From the NCBI GenBank assembly GCA_002269645.1, contig NIVC01003853.1, positions 1 through 64,000 of the forward strand: 64,000 nt of DNA. Reading direction: 5' to 3'. A program made the translations under genes and the position numbers. This stretch comes from Macrostomum lignano. Taxonomy: Eukaryota. Below are positions 25,286-38,664 of the stretch, piece after piece (the stretch's first letter is position 1; the number at the start of each line of letters is the position of its first letter). The notes under the pieces are model-generated. The model ran no database searches, was not told the DNA's origin, and saw only the letters and a list, made by a program, of their open reading frames with translations.

Positions 25286-25991
25286 CGCCTAGAAACTGAG
25301 GTAGTTCGGTAATTGGTTAGGAAATTAGCCTGCAAATGTCCGGCTGGCAAACGTCCCGCTGGCAAACGTCGGTTGGCTAACGTCGACTGGCAAACCTCCG
25401 GCAGGCAAACGTTGTAGACCCAGGATTGATTACTGACTGACAGACTTACCAACAGACCTACCGACAGATAATTTATTTTTATGATGCTAAATTGAAAGTA
25501 GCAACTAGCTCGTAAAGCTAAATAACAAAGTAGGCAATACAATAGCCGAAGAGAAGCAATGAGTGTTACTGAGTAGTGCTGTCGAAGTTGACAATGAATT
25601 ATAATACGCTCGTAGAGCGAAAACGAGTTTATTGCAATCGATCAGCGGGGAAGAAAACGAAAGAAAAGAAGTGAAGGGCCTAAGCGCGAGTTAAACTATA
25701 GATCATATATACAATATAAGATCTATGAAGATCTAGATCTATGATATAGGAATACAAGATCTATGGGTTGAATTTGTATTTATACTTGTATTAACATACC
25801 AAACTGGGTACAAGCGTAGCTGAAATATCTGTGGTAAATTAACGGTTGGGATTGTCTGTGCAGAAGAGCATGGTAGACGCAGGGAGTCGGCTAACTAAAA
25901 ATTGCAAAACAGAAAATACAGATATTTGGAGGATTGCGAATCCAATAAGTGCAGTAGGTTGAGTTTAGTCAGAGGCTTTATCGGGGCGAAA

Positions 25992-27516
25992 TTATCGCCG
26001 CTGGAGTAGATTGCACTTTAACGGGATTTTGATTGCTACGAGCCGTAAAACACAAAAAGCTAAAATGTTACTTTTACAGTCACATTTTCTATGTAGGAAA
26101 TCACGCAGCTCATCCGATTGTTGATAGGCCCGACGAGTACAAGACCTCAACAACTACATTAAATTATAGAAAAGTTAAAAAACCTAAGACGCTACTCAGT
26201 CACTCACTGTCTTGCTCAAAAGTAGCCAAGGTGCTCGCGGCGTGTCGCTTTGACGGAAGAGAAAAAATTCCTCGGATTCGCTGTTGAATTCATCATCATC
26301 CACCACGACGCATGTCAAACTTGAGGTCTCGTTCGAAGCCTCCTGGACATGTTTCTCCACTTCCTTCGCAATGAGCTGATAATCCACATTAGTGCGACAA
26401 GCGTTATTGCGCAGAGCCTTCACCGCAGAGGTGTAGGCATGGAGCCTTTTTCGATAGGGCATATTGCTCTGTTTTGCACTAACAAAGCCATATGACGCAT
26501 CACAGAATTGTAGGAAAACTTGAAATTCGTCGTCAGGCTTAGTCTAAAACAAAGCATTCATTGTAGAATAACTCTAAGCTACGATGAACTCCAACAAAGT
26601 AACTCGTGCTCACCTCACACTTTCGGTAGACCAGACAAAATTTTGCGAGGTGCAGCTCTTCGGCAGTTGTCTGTCTTTCATCTAGCAGTGACAGCCAAAT
26701 AGCCGTTGGATAAAATCCCAGATTTAAGAGATTCAACCCGCTGTTTGTGTAGTTGTCAATTAGAAAAATGGCGCCATCTTCTGGAAGCAGCCGTGCCAGA
26801 TCCTCAACAAATACTTCAGCTGAATCAAAAACTCCACCAACAAAGCTCAAGACGGCGATGTCGAATTCAGTTACTGAGTTTTGCACGAACTCCATCATAT
26901 CCTGCTGCACAAAAACTGACTTCACTGAAGCATTCGAAATTCTGCAGCAGTTGGTTAAGAAGGCCTTCTTCGGCCACCAGAATTTATCAACGCCAATGCA
27001 GCTAAACTCGCCTTGCTGGTTGGTTCGCTCTGCCCAGACATCCAGTACCGCCAGCAGCTCGCTACCCGGCCCGCAGCCCAATGAAAGCACACGGAAGCTG
27101 TTTGTTTTCTTGTTCCAGTGTTTATCAAGATGCTTTCTGAGCTGCCTTTCAAAAGATATTTTGAACTTTTTTACTTTCTTAGGCATGTGCTTCTTGGTGT
27201 AGCCACTCAGCAGGTCAGGACGCTCATAATAGAAGTAGGTGTCCTTTTTTGCGGCTGCCTCCCAAGACTCAAGCGCTTCTTTTTCCTCCTTAGAAAGTTT
27301 CTCTTCAAACAGATGTGACTGCCTGGGCTCGTACTTTAAAATCTCATCCAGGGCTCTTCGCACAACCTGCTGCGCGTCATCAAGATTGCCGTCAGTTGAC
27401 CTCAGCCTCCATGACAGCAGCTCAACCATGCACTCAAATGCTGTTGAGCTTTTTAAGTTCTCATCTTGATTTACTAGATAAGCCGTGAACCTGAAAACAT
27501 GAGCAGACTGATGCAT
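25992..27516 (-). CDS. Class I SAM-dependent methyltransferase-like protein, probably 4 exons
   Basis: Motif I RVLSLGCGPGSEL, motif II CIGVD, FDIAVLSF. Phase-consistent GT-AG chain: 27516-26614, 26468-26208, ~26153-26072, ~26035-25992 (last intron 36 nt). Confidence 0.7.
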
Positions 27517-27889
27517 TCAGATGAAAGTAACATTCTCACATTAGCTGAAGTTGAGCAAGTGCTAATCTACTCACACAATGCAGTCGTACTGCTCCTCCAG
27601 TCCTACATGTTCTTCAATTTCAGGGTTAGTGAAAATTTCTCGAGACTGCCTGGCCAGATTCTCAACCCCATCAGGTTTCGGATGCAGCTGAATATTTTCA
27701 GTATTTTCAACGTAGTTAAAGTAGCAACTAAATATCAAACGGAATTTCAACTCAGCGCTATTTTGATAAGCTCGCTCACCCTGATCTTGTTGCAGACCGC
27801 CTTCCAGCCCTCGGATTTCGGCTGAAATTCATCATGAAACAATTCTGGTAATGTCGTGTGAAGTTTTCAGGTCAATAAACGCCTCAGCA

Positions 27890-28453
27890 TATATACTCAG
27901 CAACAGTGACGAGTATTGCGAGTGACGCCAGGATGTCCACACCTGGCCACTAAGCAGACCTAAGCCCAGGAACAACGCCCCGCCACACCAAGCCGATGCT
28001 GTTAATCAACTGAAGGAACAGCTACAGCTGCGCACTCTGCGCTGGCCTTCCCGGTCCCCAGACATGAATCCCATCGAGCATGTCTGGGACTTCCTAAAAA
28101 GTAGCATTCGAAAAGAGAATCCACCATAGAATGTTGCGGAGAGCTCTGCGTCATGCCATTGAAAACGCTTCGGAGCAGCTTCCCCAAGACTTTCTGCGCC
28201 GCCTCATCCTTGGGATGCCCCGCAGAGTCGCCGCACTTCTGCATGCAAGGGGATCCCACACGCATCGCGATTCTAACTGAATATTGCATAAAAAATTTAT
28301 GATTTTGTGCGACTGACGTTTACTACGAGTGTTGATATTCAATCAACCTTCCCTTCCTCACGGCGGCTTAGTTGCGTAACTTGAGGGTTGAATTGTGAGT
28401 GTGAAGTTGTCGCAATTTGGAGGGTGGAACTTTTGACTGTTGCTGAGTATATA
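27890..28453 (+). mobile_element. Internally deleted Tc1 transposon
   Basis: 18-bp perfect inverted ends tatatactcagcaacagt / actgttgctgagtatata (including TA); internal frame NNAPPH...WPSRSPDMNPIEHVWDFLK...MPRRVAALLHARG is the Tc1 DDE C-terminus, with a stop and a frameshift. Confidence 0.9.
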
Positions 28454-29435
28454 CGAACACAATCTTCAAAAGGATAAGCTGCAAAATTATCGCATACCTG
28501 GAATGCTCTTTCGCGAATCGCTAGTCGGAGTTGCTTAGCAAACAGGTCATTCCACTACAAAGATTTGATAGGAATGCGAGAGGAATTATTTGTTACAACT
28601 GAAAGGCTGGGTTTATGATCTGTTCGTTCCGATGCGGTTTAGAAAAACACACAAATACGAGCTAAGACCGCATGAAGAGCTCAAAACCGGCTGGAATTCA
28701 TTGGATTTGGTTTTCTAAGAAACCGTATCAGAGCCGGATGATTAGAAATCCAGCCCTTGTCTAAACTTGGCCGCATTAAACTTTTACGTTCATACAGTAG
28801 CCTTACAATCTGAGCCTTTCCAATGTGTTGGTTGAGCGCCTTGTCGATGTCGCAGAAATACGCCAAGATGTGCTGGCTCCGACTCACTAGCATCTGCAAA
28901 GGTAAGCAAGAGTACCTGGGTATTTGGGCGGTATTGATAGCCATGTAGTAAATTGGAAGTATGCAGGTATTACCATTAGCTTCTCCAGAGTTTCTTGCAA
29001 GCCGTCCATCCAGAGCTGGTCTCGTTCGCTGTGATAATAACTCAGCTGACACAGAGCGATTTTGTGCAGACAGCAATAGGCACTGGCTGACATACTGCCG
29101 GCCACAAACAGATGGCCAAGAAAACTGTAAATATTTTTGGTGTTCCTTCATATACGAGCTAGAACAGCGATAATTTTCTTATAGGCATTACGATCACGGA
29201 TCAAGCATAAGATATTATACAGCACTAAGCCAAGTTAACTTATTAAAAATGAAGATTGACCAAAACAGAAATGGGTCATCAAAGATTTCAGGACTTTACA
29301 TGATACCTGCAACAATGTTGAATTGAATTCCCCCCTCAGTAGTCCTTGATTACAATACTACTAACCGATGGTAGGTGTTTAGGTGTTTACTGTTAATGCA
29401 GATTAGAGCGACCTGCAATTGCATGTTCGACTCAG

Positions 29436-29647
29436 CAGAGGTCGGAAAACTCCGGCCCGCAAAGCCTCTCTATCCGACCTTCGGGTCCTTTGAAAGTCCA
29501 AAATAGCAAGGCTTGTTCAAGGCTGGTGTCTCTTCTCAGCTCCCTTCTCTCCTCTTGTCTCCTCTTCTCTCCCCCTCCTCTGACCCGCAGTCATGCGCTA
29601 TAGGCTATTTATTTGGCCCTTGAGGTGAAACATTTTACCGGCCCCTG
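29436..29647. mobile_element. hAT-like (Charlie-type) MITE
   Basis: Imperfect TIRs cagaggtcggaaaa / ttttaccggcccctg, internal cggcccgc; no convincing TSD. Confidence 0.5.
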
Positions 29648-30781
29648 ACTTACAGGATAGAATCGCGGTGCTGTTTGATGGCCTCGTTCAGCTGCTCCGG
29701 ATCTGACAACGGATTTGGTGAGCTGGGCATCTCATTTGCCTCGAATGCAGATCGAATGTCTTTAGCCAAGGCCTTCAACTCCATCCAATCAAGAATCGGC
29801 TGCAATCAAAGCAGACATGACGTAAACTAAACTTAATAACCTGCTTAATTACGAGCGTATCGTTTGTCATCAACCGAAGTATCTTACTCGTTCCAGAGCG
29901 CCAAATTTTGAGCACCAAATTTTGGAGACGGGCTGCAATGTGGGACGGTACAACTTATTTGTTAATTGTAGCCTAAGCTAGCGATAATAGCTATTGGTTA
30001 AATTTTTTATCTGTTAATTTTCTGATCAGTTCAAATTTCTAAAGCTACGCTCGTACTAGCTAGAGTCCCCAGGAGTCCGGACTACAGCATTGTACCTGAA
30101 AGGCTGTTGAAACATTGTCTGAGTTCAGCAGCTTGAAGATTAATTCAGACCACTGAAAGTTTAAGAGGATCAAAATGCATCTGTTATCCGCAAAGTAAAT
30201 TGAAAAGATTCGACATTCTTTAGAGTACCCTTTTAAGGTCTTCATCGCTGTTCAGAATCTTCAGCTTGTCGTCCCTTTCCTCGGCTGCTTCTCTGATGCT
30301 ATTGACTTCCTGAAATGTTTTATTTGGAAGCACTTTCCACTGCTGCAGTTCGTTAAACTCTTTGCAAGAGTTACGCGAAATAAAAATATTGTGATTAAAA
30401 AAGAATGAAAGCGGAAGTCGACTTGGACCCAATTGGAGGCCTAATGAAGGCAATACTTAATATCAACGAGTTTGCGCTTTCATTTCTGTTTATGCTTCTA
30501 AACTAAGCGAGCTACATTGTCAATTCTTATCGTGACTGATGTTTAAGGAAGCCCTACCTCGCGTATGTTTCTTTCTTTCATGCTTGAATTCAGACGCCTT
30601 CTCGCGGTTCGGTCCTAAAAAGTGTAAAAGTGAGTGCGTGACTGCTTTATTAGGTCGTTCGCTATTCAATGCAGTCTTGCACTGTTGCAATGGTACCAAA
30701 CTAGGAAGCCGCTACTCATTGTGATATTTCCAAAGTTGTTATCTTCCTGTTGCAATCGTGGGTTCTGCAGTCTAGGCTACT

Positions 30782-31490
30782 CATAAGCGTATAGGAACGG
30801 GGGACACTGGGGCCATGGCCCCCCCCCTCTTGGCCAGTAATGGTATCTGGCCCTCCACATTTTAAATGCAAAATGTATACGTTTTGCTTTTTTTACTCTT
30901 ATTTTTATTTTTGCTGTTTTGCATGAATTCATTTTGCTGAAGGGCGACAAAAAATAGCGCCTCTGGAGTTCCTGTGGCGCTAAAATGAGTGCCTGCGGCG
31001 CTAAAATGAGTGCCTGCGGCGCTAAAATGAGTGCCTGCGGCGCTAAAATGAGTGCCTGCGGCGCTAAAATAAGTGCCTGCGGCGCTAAAATGAGTGCCTG
31101 CGGCGCTAAAATGAGTGCCTGCGGCGCTAAAATGAGTGCCTGCGGCGCTAAAATGAGTGCCTGCGGCGCTAAAATGAGTACCTGCGGCGCTAAGATGAGT
31201 GCCTGCGGCGCTAAAATGAGTGCCCGCGGCGCTAAAATGAGTGCTGACAACATCGATTCTGAAAATAATTGGTACATGGTGTGCATTTTCCATACAAAAA
31301 AAATCGAACTCGCCGGGGGGCGTGCACCCTGTGCCTCCCCCCCCCCCCTAAATCTACCACTGAACCTGCCCCCCCCCCTAAATCTGCCACTGAACCTGCC
31401 CCCCCCTAAATCTGCCACTGAACCTGTCCCCCCTAAATCTGCCACTGAACCTACCCCCCCCCTACTTTTTGAAACGTTCCTACGCCTATG
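30782..31490. mobile_element. Non-autonomous hAT-like element carrying internal tandem repeats
   Basis: TIRs cataagcgtataggaacg / cgttcctacgcctatg; flanks AGGCTACT / AGGCTACA (8-bp TSD, 7/8 match); internal 21-bp array 30975-31245. Confidence 0.75.
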
Positions 31491-32969
31491 AGGCTACAGG
31501 CTCATTCCTGATGTATTTTTCTCTTAATGGATACTGGTTTGAATTGGTAGTTCGCTGTCATCATGCTTCTTGCTGTTTTCTAATCCTGATACGATAGATT
31601 AAAGAAAGGAAAACAAGAACTCAAAATAATTAAGTTTTTCAAAACTTATTAGAAGTAGTACTCACAGTATATACAATAGGTTTAGACTTTAATTCCTCTT
31701 AGAATTTACTTGCTCCGGATTATTGAGGCATCACTCCTCTTTGTGCTATCTAGTTCGTTATTTTAAAAACTCTTTTTACCCCAAATTCGCTTAACGGGAA
31801 TGCAAAGATAAGGAAGATGCTTCCTCAGAGGCCAGCTGGCTCTTTATTTTAAGAAATCCCTCAAAGCCTCGACTAACCAATTTTAGGATATTTTCGCAGC
31901 TTGAAACTACTATTAGTAGTGAAAACGCAAATTGAATTACACACTAAACTATGCCTTACTACACAATGATACCAAAGAGGTACTAAAATAAAAATCAGAA
32001 CTCACATCAGGAGTATGAATTCTCAAATCGCTGTGCATTCTGACCTCCTCCTGCATTTCATATGGCATCTGCAACTCCTGCTTATTCAAATTGAGAAGCT
32101 GTTCTCGACTGTATTTGATCCTCATCACCTTGGCTGATGTTTCCAACAGAGTCAAAGCGGTTTTCTGCAAATTAATCAAGAGCAAACATACTATAACTTT
32201 TATTTCTGGTACGCTCAATCAAAAGTAAAAGCAGTGAAATTCTAAACTTAAAGCGTGGGGAAAGTTAAAAGGCAAGACTAGAGGTGGCACGAGACAGGAC
32301 CTCTGCGCAAACCAAAACTTGCAGAAGAAGTTATTTTAGTGAAATATTAAAAGGTCGAAGAAAAAAGCGAAAGAAAATATCTGAGCCAACGAGACACAGG
32401 CTCGCTCACAAGCGGGTACAGGACTAAACAGCACCCTGCAGCCCCCAACACACCAACCCCAGCCAAGCCGCCCCCCTCACTCTGCAGTTTAAACGCCCTT
32501 ACCCATATCAACACGGGGGCAAGAGTAACATTAAATGCTGCAGGTGAGAAGTCTATATGGTAAAGCTCTTGCAACTCTTTGAGAACATTATAAACTTTCA
32601 TTAATTGGTGACGTTGCCTCACTAAAGCAAATTCACTGCGAATCTCAGGGCCTGCACAGGGACTTCTTGAACTTGAGTTTGAGTAGTCCCTGGGCCTGCA
32701 CATTCATTTCAAACCAAGGAGACCTGAAATTCCAAAGACTGGAGTAACATGCAGCTCAGGGACTCTGAATCATTGCGCTATTGCGGGTGCTGCAGTACTG
32801 TACAGTGTATCTCTTGAGCTTTTTACCTTTTAGAGCTTTAATTCTTTTTATTTTTGTAGATTGCCAATTGCCACAAAAACCAGCCGTGCCTGCAACTCAA
32901 TTCTGGACTGAAGCCTCTGCTTAACGAACGAAACCAATTTTGAATTTGCGGTGTTGAATTTAACGGTTT

Positions 32970-33617
32970 TGTTGTACCCCCCGGGATGGTCCAGGAGCTG
33001 CGAATCGGCTAGGTAGCAGGGCTGCCCAGCTGGGAGACACCATGTCCCGTCTATTCCTACTTCTAATAGACGGGAAGTAGCTGCAATCCACTCCAGTCCA
33101 CTCCAGTCCACTCCAGTCCACTCCAGTCCACTCCAGTCCACTCCAGTCCACTCCAGTCCACTCCAGTCCACTCCAGTCTACTCCAGTCCACTCCAGTCAA
33201 GCACTCGAGCGCACTGCTGCAAACCGTAACGTATATTTCGCTATTGATCAAATGCACTGCCGTCAGCGGGGGGGAAGAGGAGCCGGAACGGGCGGGGGGC
33301 AAGAGGGGCCGGAACGGGCGGGGGGCGCGCATAAATAAGCAAGGCAAAAAGGGGAGGGGTAAACCGACAGACAAAGCAAGCACACCCCACCCAAGTGACC
33401 TAACCAGCCAGCCAATCACAAGCCGCCGGGAAGGGTAGCGCACAGCTGGCTAGCGCACGAAAACCGGCCCCGGGCAGGCCGTAGGCAGACTAGGGTGAGG
33501 CCTAAGCCCCTAAACCCCAGCCCGACCGGCCGGCCCAACCCAGCGCGAGGGGGGAGGCAGAAAAGAGAGAGAGAGAAAAGGCCGGGGGAGCCCTCACTGA
33601 CGCAGCACGGCACAACA
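32970..33617 (-). mobile_element. Solo LTR related to the LTRs of elements 1 and 2
   Basis: Plus-strand termini TGTTGTA...CACAACA with GTTT on both sides (4-bp TSD); minus strand has ATTGGCTG and TATTTAT, and its end (cctggaccatcccggggggtacaaca) resembles the element-2 LTR end; internal (tccactccag)n at 33085-33200. Confidence 0.8.
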
Positions 33618-33898
33618 GTTTAAACAAAAATACACACAGTACCAGTGGTGCAAGAAGGAAAGCATGGAGTACATACGCTCGTACAGAATTTCTGGCCCCA
33701 TGTAGAAATTAACGCTCCGAATATTAAACAGACACATTAATCAGGGGTGGGTTCTGTGCACAGGCACATGGACTCAGAACTGGGGGGTTGGGGCTGAAAA
33801 TGTACGGTAGGAACAAATGTCGGCTTTTGAACTTCAGAGCTCAATATTTTCTCGAGCTTTTTGACAAACTTTTGGGTTTTCTCAGACTATTGCATGAC

Positions 33899-34595
33899 TA
33901 GGGGTCACAATCCCGGGATCCCGGGATTTAGCGCTTTTTCCGGGATCCCGGGATCCCTGGATTCACAGGGTCGGGATTCAATCCCGGAACGTTAATGCTA
34001 TGTTTTTATAATGTCTGATATAATAGCAAGTATTTTATCATAAAATGGCAGTTAGTTCAAATATGGTACATACACGCATACTCGTACATGTCCATTCTCC
34101 GTTGCCCACTTTGTAAGGTCTTTAATGTTGTTTGAGTTGAGTCTTATTTAAATCATTGAACGTTGAGATTTGATTTTAAAGTTTGAACTCATAGTCGTGA
34201 GTCCAGACTCCAGACTGACAAGTGACAACGTGAATGCCCAGGCGGTAGTAGGTTGTGACTTGTGTTGTGACTGTGAGTCCTTGTGACTCCTTGTGAGTGT
34301 GCCTCATGCCACGGGCCAACGACTCCAGGACCACGTCCACGAGTCATGTGCATTCGTTTTGCAATGTGCATACTGCTAGTGCTATTACATAGTATGTAAT
34401 ACATGTATATACATTATATTGCTTTGCATAGTGTTTGCTTATTTTTACTTGCAACTTGCAAATGTTCTCACGTTGGTCACGTGATAAAAAGTAATTCGTA
34501 GCGTTGTTATAACATTATAACAATGTTACGACAAGGATGGTACTGGAAAAATATCAATCCCGGGATTGACAGAATCCGGGATTTTGTGACCCCTA
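33899..34595. mobile_element. Non-autonomous hAT element
   Basis: 12-bp perfect TIR TAGGGGTCACAA / TTGTGACCCCTA, exact 8-bp TSD TGCATGAC, subterminal tcccggga repeats. Confidence 0.9.
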
Positions 34596-34639
34596 TGCAT
34601 GACCGAAAAAAACATCGGAACAACATCAGAGCAGCAATC

Positions 34640-34670
<31 letters not shown>

Positions 34671-34700
34671 ACAGCAGCAACAACAACAAATAACAACAAA
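34640..34700. repeat. (CAA)n microsatellite
   Basis: Read directly. Confidence 0.85.
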
Positions 34701-34839
34701 ATATGCTGTCAGGGTCTCTAGAAGTCAGCGTCAGAGGGCACGACCATGGGCTGCGAGAAATATTCACGGGTCTAAAAATTTTAAAAGAAATTAATTTTGA
34801 GCCGAGAAAAGGAGATTAAAGAGACGAGGAAGTTGCAGA

Positions 34840-35190
34840 AGAAACACTTCTCCACACCGGAGAGGCAGAATTTGCATTGGTCATCGCGTACGTCTCTCCT
34901 AGCGAAACCTAGCGAATCAGGCATGACCAGAGAGTGACATGGTGATCGCCCTGCAGGTATCCTCACTGTTAACTCTAAATTGAAACTGTGCAATGGTGAG
35001 AGAGTGAGAGGTGGAACCAGCGGATAAGAACCGCTGTAGTTGGTCTCATTGGCCCCGCCTGTCATTCCTGTGCTTACGAGCGTAGATGCCACCCACTGGT
35101 TGATCAGAGGTGACAGCGACCGCCAGGCAAGGCGGTTAGCGAGTTCGTTGCCAGGGTGCCTCGAGGATCCAATGCTGTGTGATTGGTTTC
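34840..35190 (-). pseudogene. Degenerate LINE RNase H / zinc-knuckle remnant
   Basis: Broken frames give HWI..HPGNELANRLA (RNase H WxxGH..GNExADxLA), then LSGHA and DDQCKFC..E. Confidence 0.5.
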
Positions 35191-38100
35191 AGGTTGAGTG
35201 AGTTTGGTGGCTGTGTTGGTGTCCTGAAAAAAACGTTTTAAAGTGTTGAAATTTACTTTTTCACGTTGGTTCCTTTGTATCTGAATATGAATGAAAACGG
35301 TGTTCTAACTACTATTAGTAATAGGAAACGTTAATGACAATTTGCAATTTAGGGAATATAGATAGAGAGTCATCTATTGTAAGTCGAAAGACTGCGCTGA
35401 ATATGACCGCAAGGCTGCACTCTCTTCTGTGAGCCACCTCCCTGCCTGTAGCTACGCAATTGGTGTCCCCAAAGAAATAAAGAAAGCCAAAAATTACAAC
35501 TGAATTAATATTTATTTTAATTGAAAAATTGAAATATCGGAATAAAACATTGTTATAATGATTGTTATACATAGTGTACATATTTCGAGCTATACATATT
35601 CAAATACAAATTTCCCAAAATTTCCCCGCAGCAGGAACGTCTAGTGCACACTGCAAAAATGTTGTTCAAGCGCAAATTTATTGTCTTGGATAGAGATGCA
35701 TTTTCGGGCAGAGAAAATCCTAACGAAATTAAAATGTCTAGAAACTGGTTAATAGCTCATAATAATATCAAGTTTTCGATAGGGATAACAATGAACTCAC
35801 GGTATTTAGACAAGGCAAGTTTTAAACACTTTGACAGTTCGATTGAAGCATAGTCAAGACATGTCAGACAGATTGCTCTATTCACACATTTTAAAATTAT
35901 CGTTGCAGCCTATCAGCTCATTGACTTTTCATTGCAGCAAAAACACACAACAGGCATGGACGCGGCCTGTTTTCAGTGCGGCATTCACAGTAAAATCAAA
36001 ATGTTAATGGTAACTTCATCATTTAGAGTTAGAGCAGTTTAGTGGGAATTGTTGTTCACGGAGTTGGTAGTCCGTGAAAGACATTCACGGAAGCGACAGT
36101 CTCGTGGGCATTGCGTTTAAAGGAATATTGACTCCATCGTTGTTGTTTTCAGTAGTAGATTTGGCAGGTCGTCTGCATTTTCTTACAAAATAAAAGACGG
36201 TCACAGCTACAAGTAAGAGTACAATGGCTCCCACCACAATCATAACAATTCTTGCGCTGCCATCCTGTTGATTCTCTGGGCAGGGTACTCGCTCGTCGCA
36301 GTTGGTTCCTTGCATCACTGGGTTGAACTCAACGACAAGCAGCCGATGCAGGCCCGCAGCTTCATCGCTACTGATTGGAACCAATTCCACTTTTTTATTG
36401 GAGTTCAGTCCAAGAGCAACTAATTGCATTTGCTGCTCATCCCCAGAAACGTTTCTGTCGGACGGTAGAGGTGAAGATAACGTGGAAAATCAGCCTCACG
36501 ATCCTGCCTAATCTCCCAACTCCTTCTAACAATACTCACCCCAAGAAATCGATCAACTCAGACTGGTTGGTCAAATATGTCCAGTTGCTTTTGTGCGTCA
36601 AGTTCCTGTTGCTGCAGTCGAGGTACAACAGCTTCGTGTCACAAACGGCCAAAAATGGCAGTAGTACTTGATGGTCTTTGACTCTGTGTAGCACTCTGGA
36701 TGCTGTGGGTGTTGGTTCGGGTAGTTTTGCAAAGTTTTTATCTAGCCTTCATGCAACAGAATTATTTCTATAAGTAGGGATCATACAAAATCCCGAGTTT
36801 CGCCAATCCTGATCCCTGCTGGTATGCAAGATTTGGAGTCAATCGGACAATTTAAAGTCATTTTTAGAGCGTGCTCTGTCTCGGCTATGAAATGAGGCTC
36901 ACTTTAAGCGAAATAAACTTTACTATGCTAAACAACTGAGAGTATAAATTTAAGTGTTTAGAATCGAGATTCGAGCCTTGAGAGTTGAGTTGAGACTTGA
37001 GACTCGAGTTGATAGTTGAGTCATTGACTGTTGACTCGTCGAGTCGAGTGTTGACTCAACCTCACGATGTGTAATAATCATACAAAGTTGTAAAGTTGTT
37101 TTGTAGCTGTAATCAAGCTTCGTAAAAGATCAAAATGCTTAATATTCGAATTCAAATCTAGCCGTTCGGGCAGTAGTGAATCGTGCACTGCATTTTGATT
37201 CTTGGAAAGGACAAGTTTTGGTGTCTTTACAAAATTATAGCAAAAGCAGCTACAGCCTTTTAGCAATACGAGTATTGTTCTTAAACATTTTTTAATCAAT
37301 CAGAAATGCGAAATTCTGACATTTTTGGATTCGAATGAGACAAATATCATTCACACAGACAATGGACTGCGTATTAAATATACAATACCAAGCAAAAATT
37401 AACAAGATATTACTAATTATTACTAATTAGTCATCACTGTCGGTATTGGAAGTTTTCGGGTATTGGATGGTAAATCCCGGACAATTGCAATCCCAGGATT
37501 AAGAATTTTTCGAAATCCAGGGTCATCATAATCTCGGAATTAAGAACAAGGATCACTGGGTGTTCCGTTGCATCAGGATGTAGCACTCATAAATATTGCA
37601 ATTTTGTTTGATGGTTCGCTTCTTCACGTGCATTTAGCTATGCTTTCCTTCAAAAAAGCATTCTCACTTTTTCTCCACACAAACTAAAAAATTGTTGTGT
37701 TTCTTATAATTAATCATATTTAACTAATTTATGTCATTCCATGCAAGAAATATTGCACAGATACCCATTCCTGACTCCTGAGGGTCGCAAACGAGCGCAT
37801 GTAAGCCTGTCGATCCCACATGCAGATATTGAGTCGTCGAACCTTGCGTAAGCTTCAAGGGATAAAATGTCAAAAAACCTGGCGAAAAATTATCAATATA
37901 AGTGCATCTGATTCAGAGATCTATGCATTTAAAGTTTAGCTGCAATGCAAACAAGCGAGCCTTCAAATAATTTTTCAATATCTGAACGTTGTACGTCCTG
38001 ATGAAACGATAACTACTATTGGTTCTTGATTCAGAATACCTGGATTTGGGCCTAATATTTTGATCCCGGGATCCCAGGATTGTATTGCCCAGTTGATGGG

Positions 38101-38664
38101 GCATTAATGCTTCGTAGACAAAATATATTTACTCACCGTTCTGTATAAACTCGCCAATTAGGTGTGCATCGCAATGCTGCAGCGGACAGCCACTCGAGAG
38201 CTGCAGGCCATGGCCCAAGGCCGAATCAGCAGGGACCGTCAAGTAGCATCTCCCGCCGTGCCTGAAGCTTGTGCTGGAGTTGCACGACTTCTGGCTCGTG
38301 ACAGAGACTGTCAGATTGTCGGATGCAGTCACATTTGTGACATTTGCCAGCTTGGCTGCGATGTTCACTGTGTCCCCACTGCAATGTAGGGTGTCAATTA
38401 TGCACTTCAAATCATTTTGACTGAACTCAACATTGCATAGCTGTTGCATAGCTGGTAGACGGTCAAAACTTTTCAAATCATGTCAATTTAGTCAAATCCA
38501 TCACACACGTCAACACAACTGAAGTACATGCAGTTTAAAACAAAGAAGTCCTTACGCATTCACAAAGATGTAGAGGCCAGAGCTGAGGTTCACTGAGTTG
38601 GCAAAGCCACTTCCTAAATTAAGAATGTAATCAGACCAGTTAGACAATAACACATTTAAGGTAT

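Noticed and set aside
32280-32470. Additional LTR-like end on the minus strand
   Set aside because: Weak resemblance only; no CA terminus or TSD
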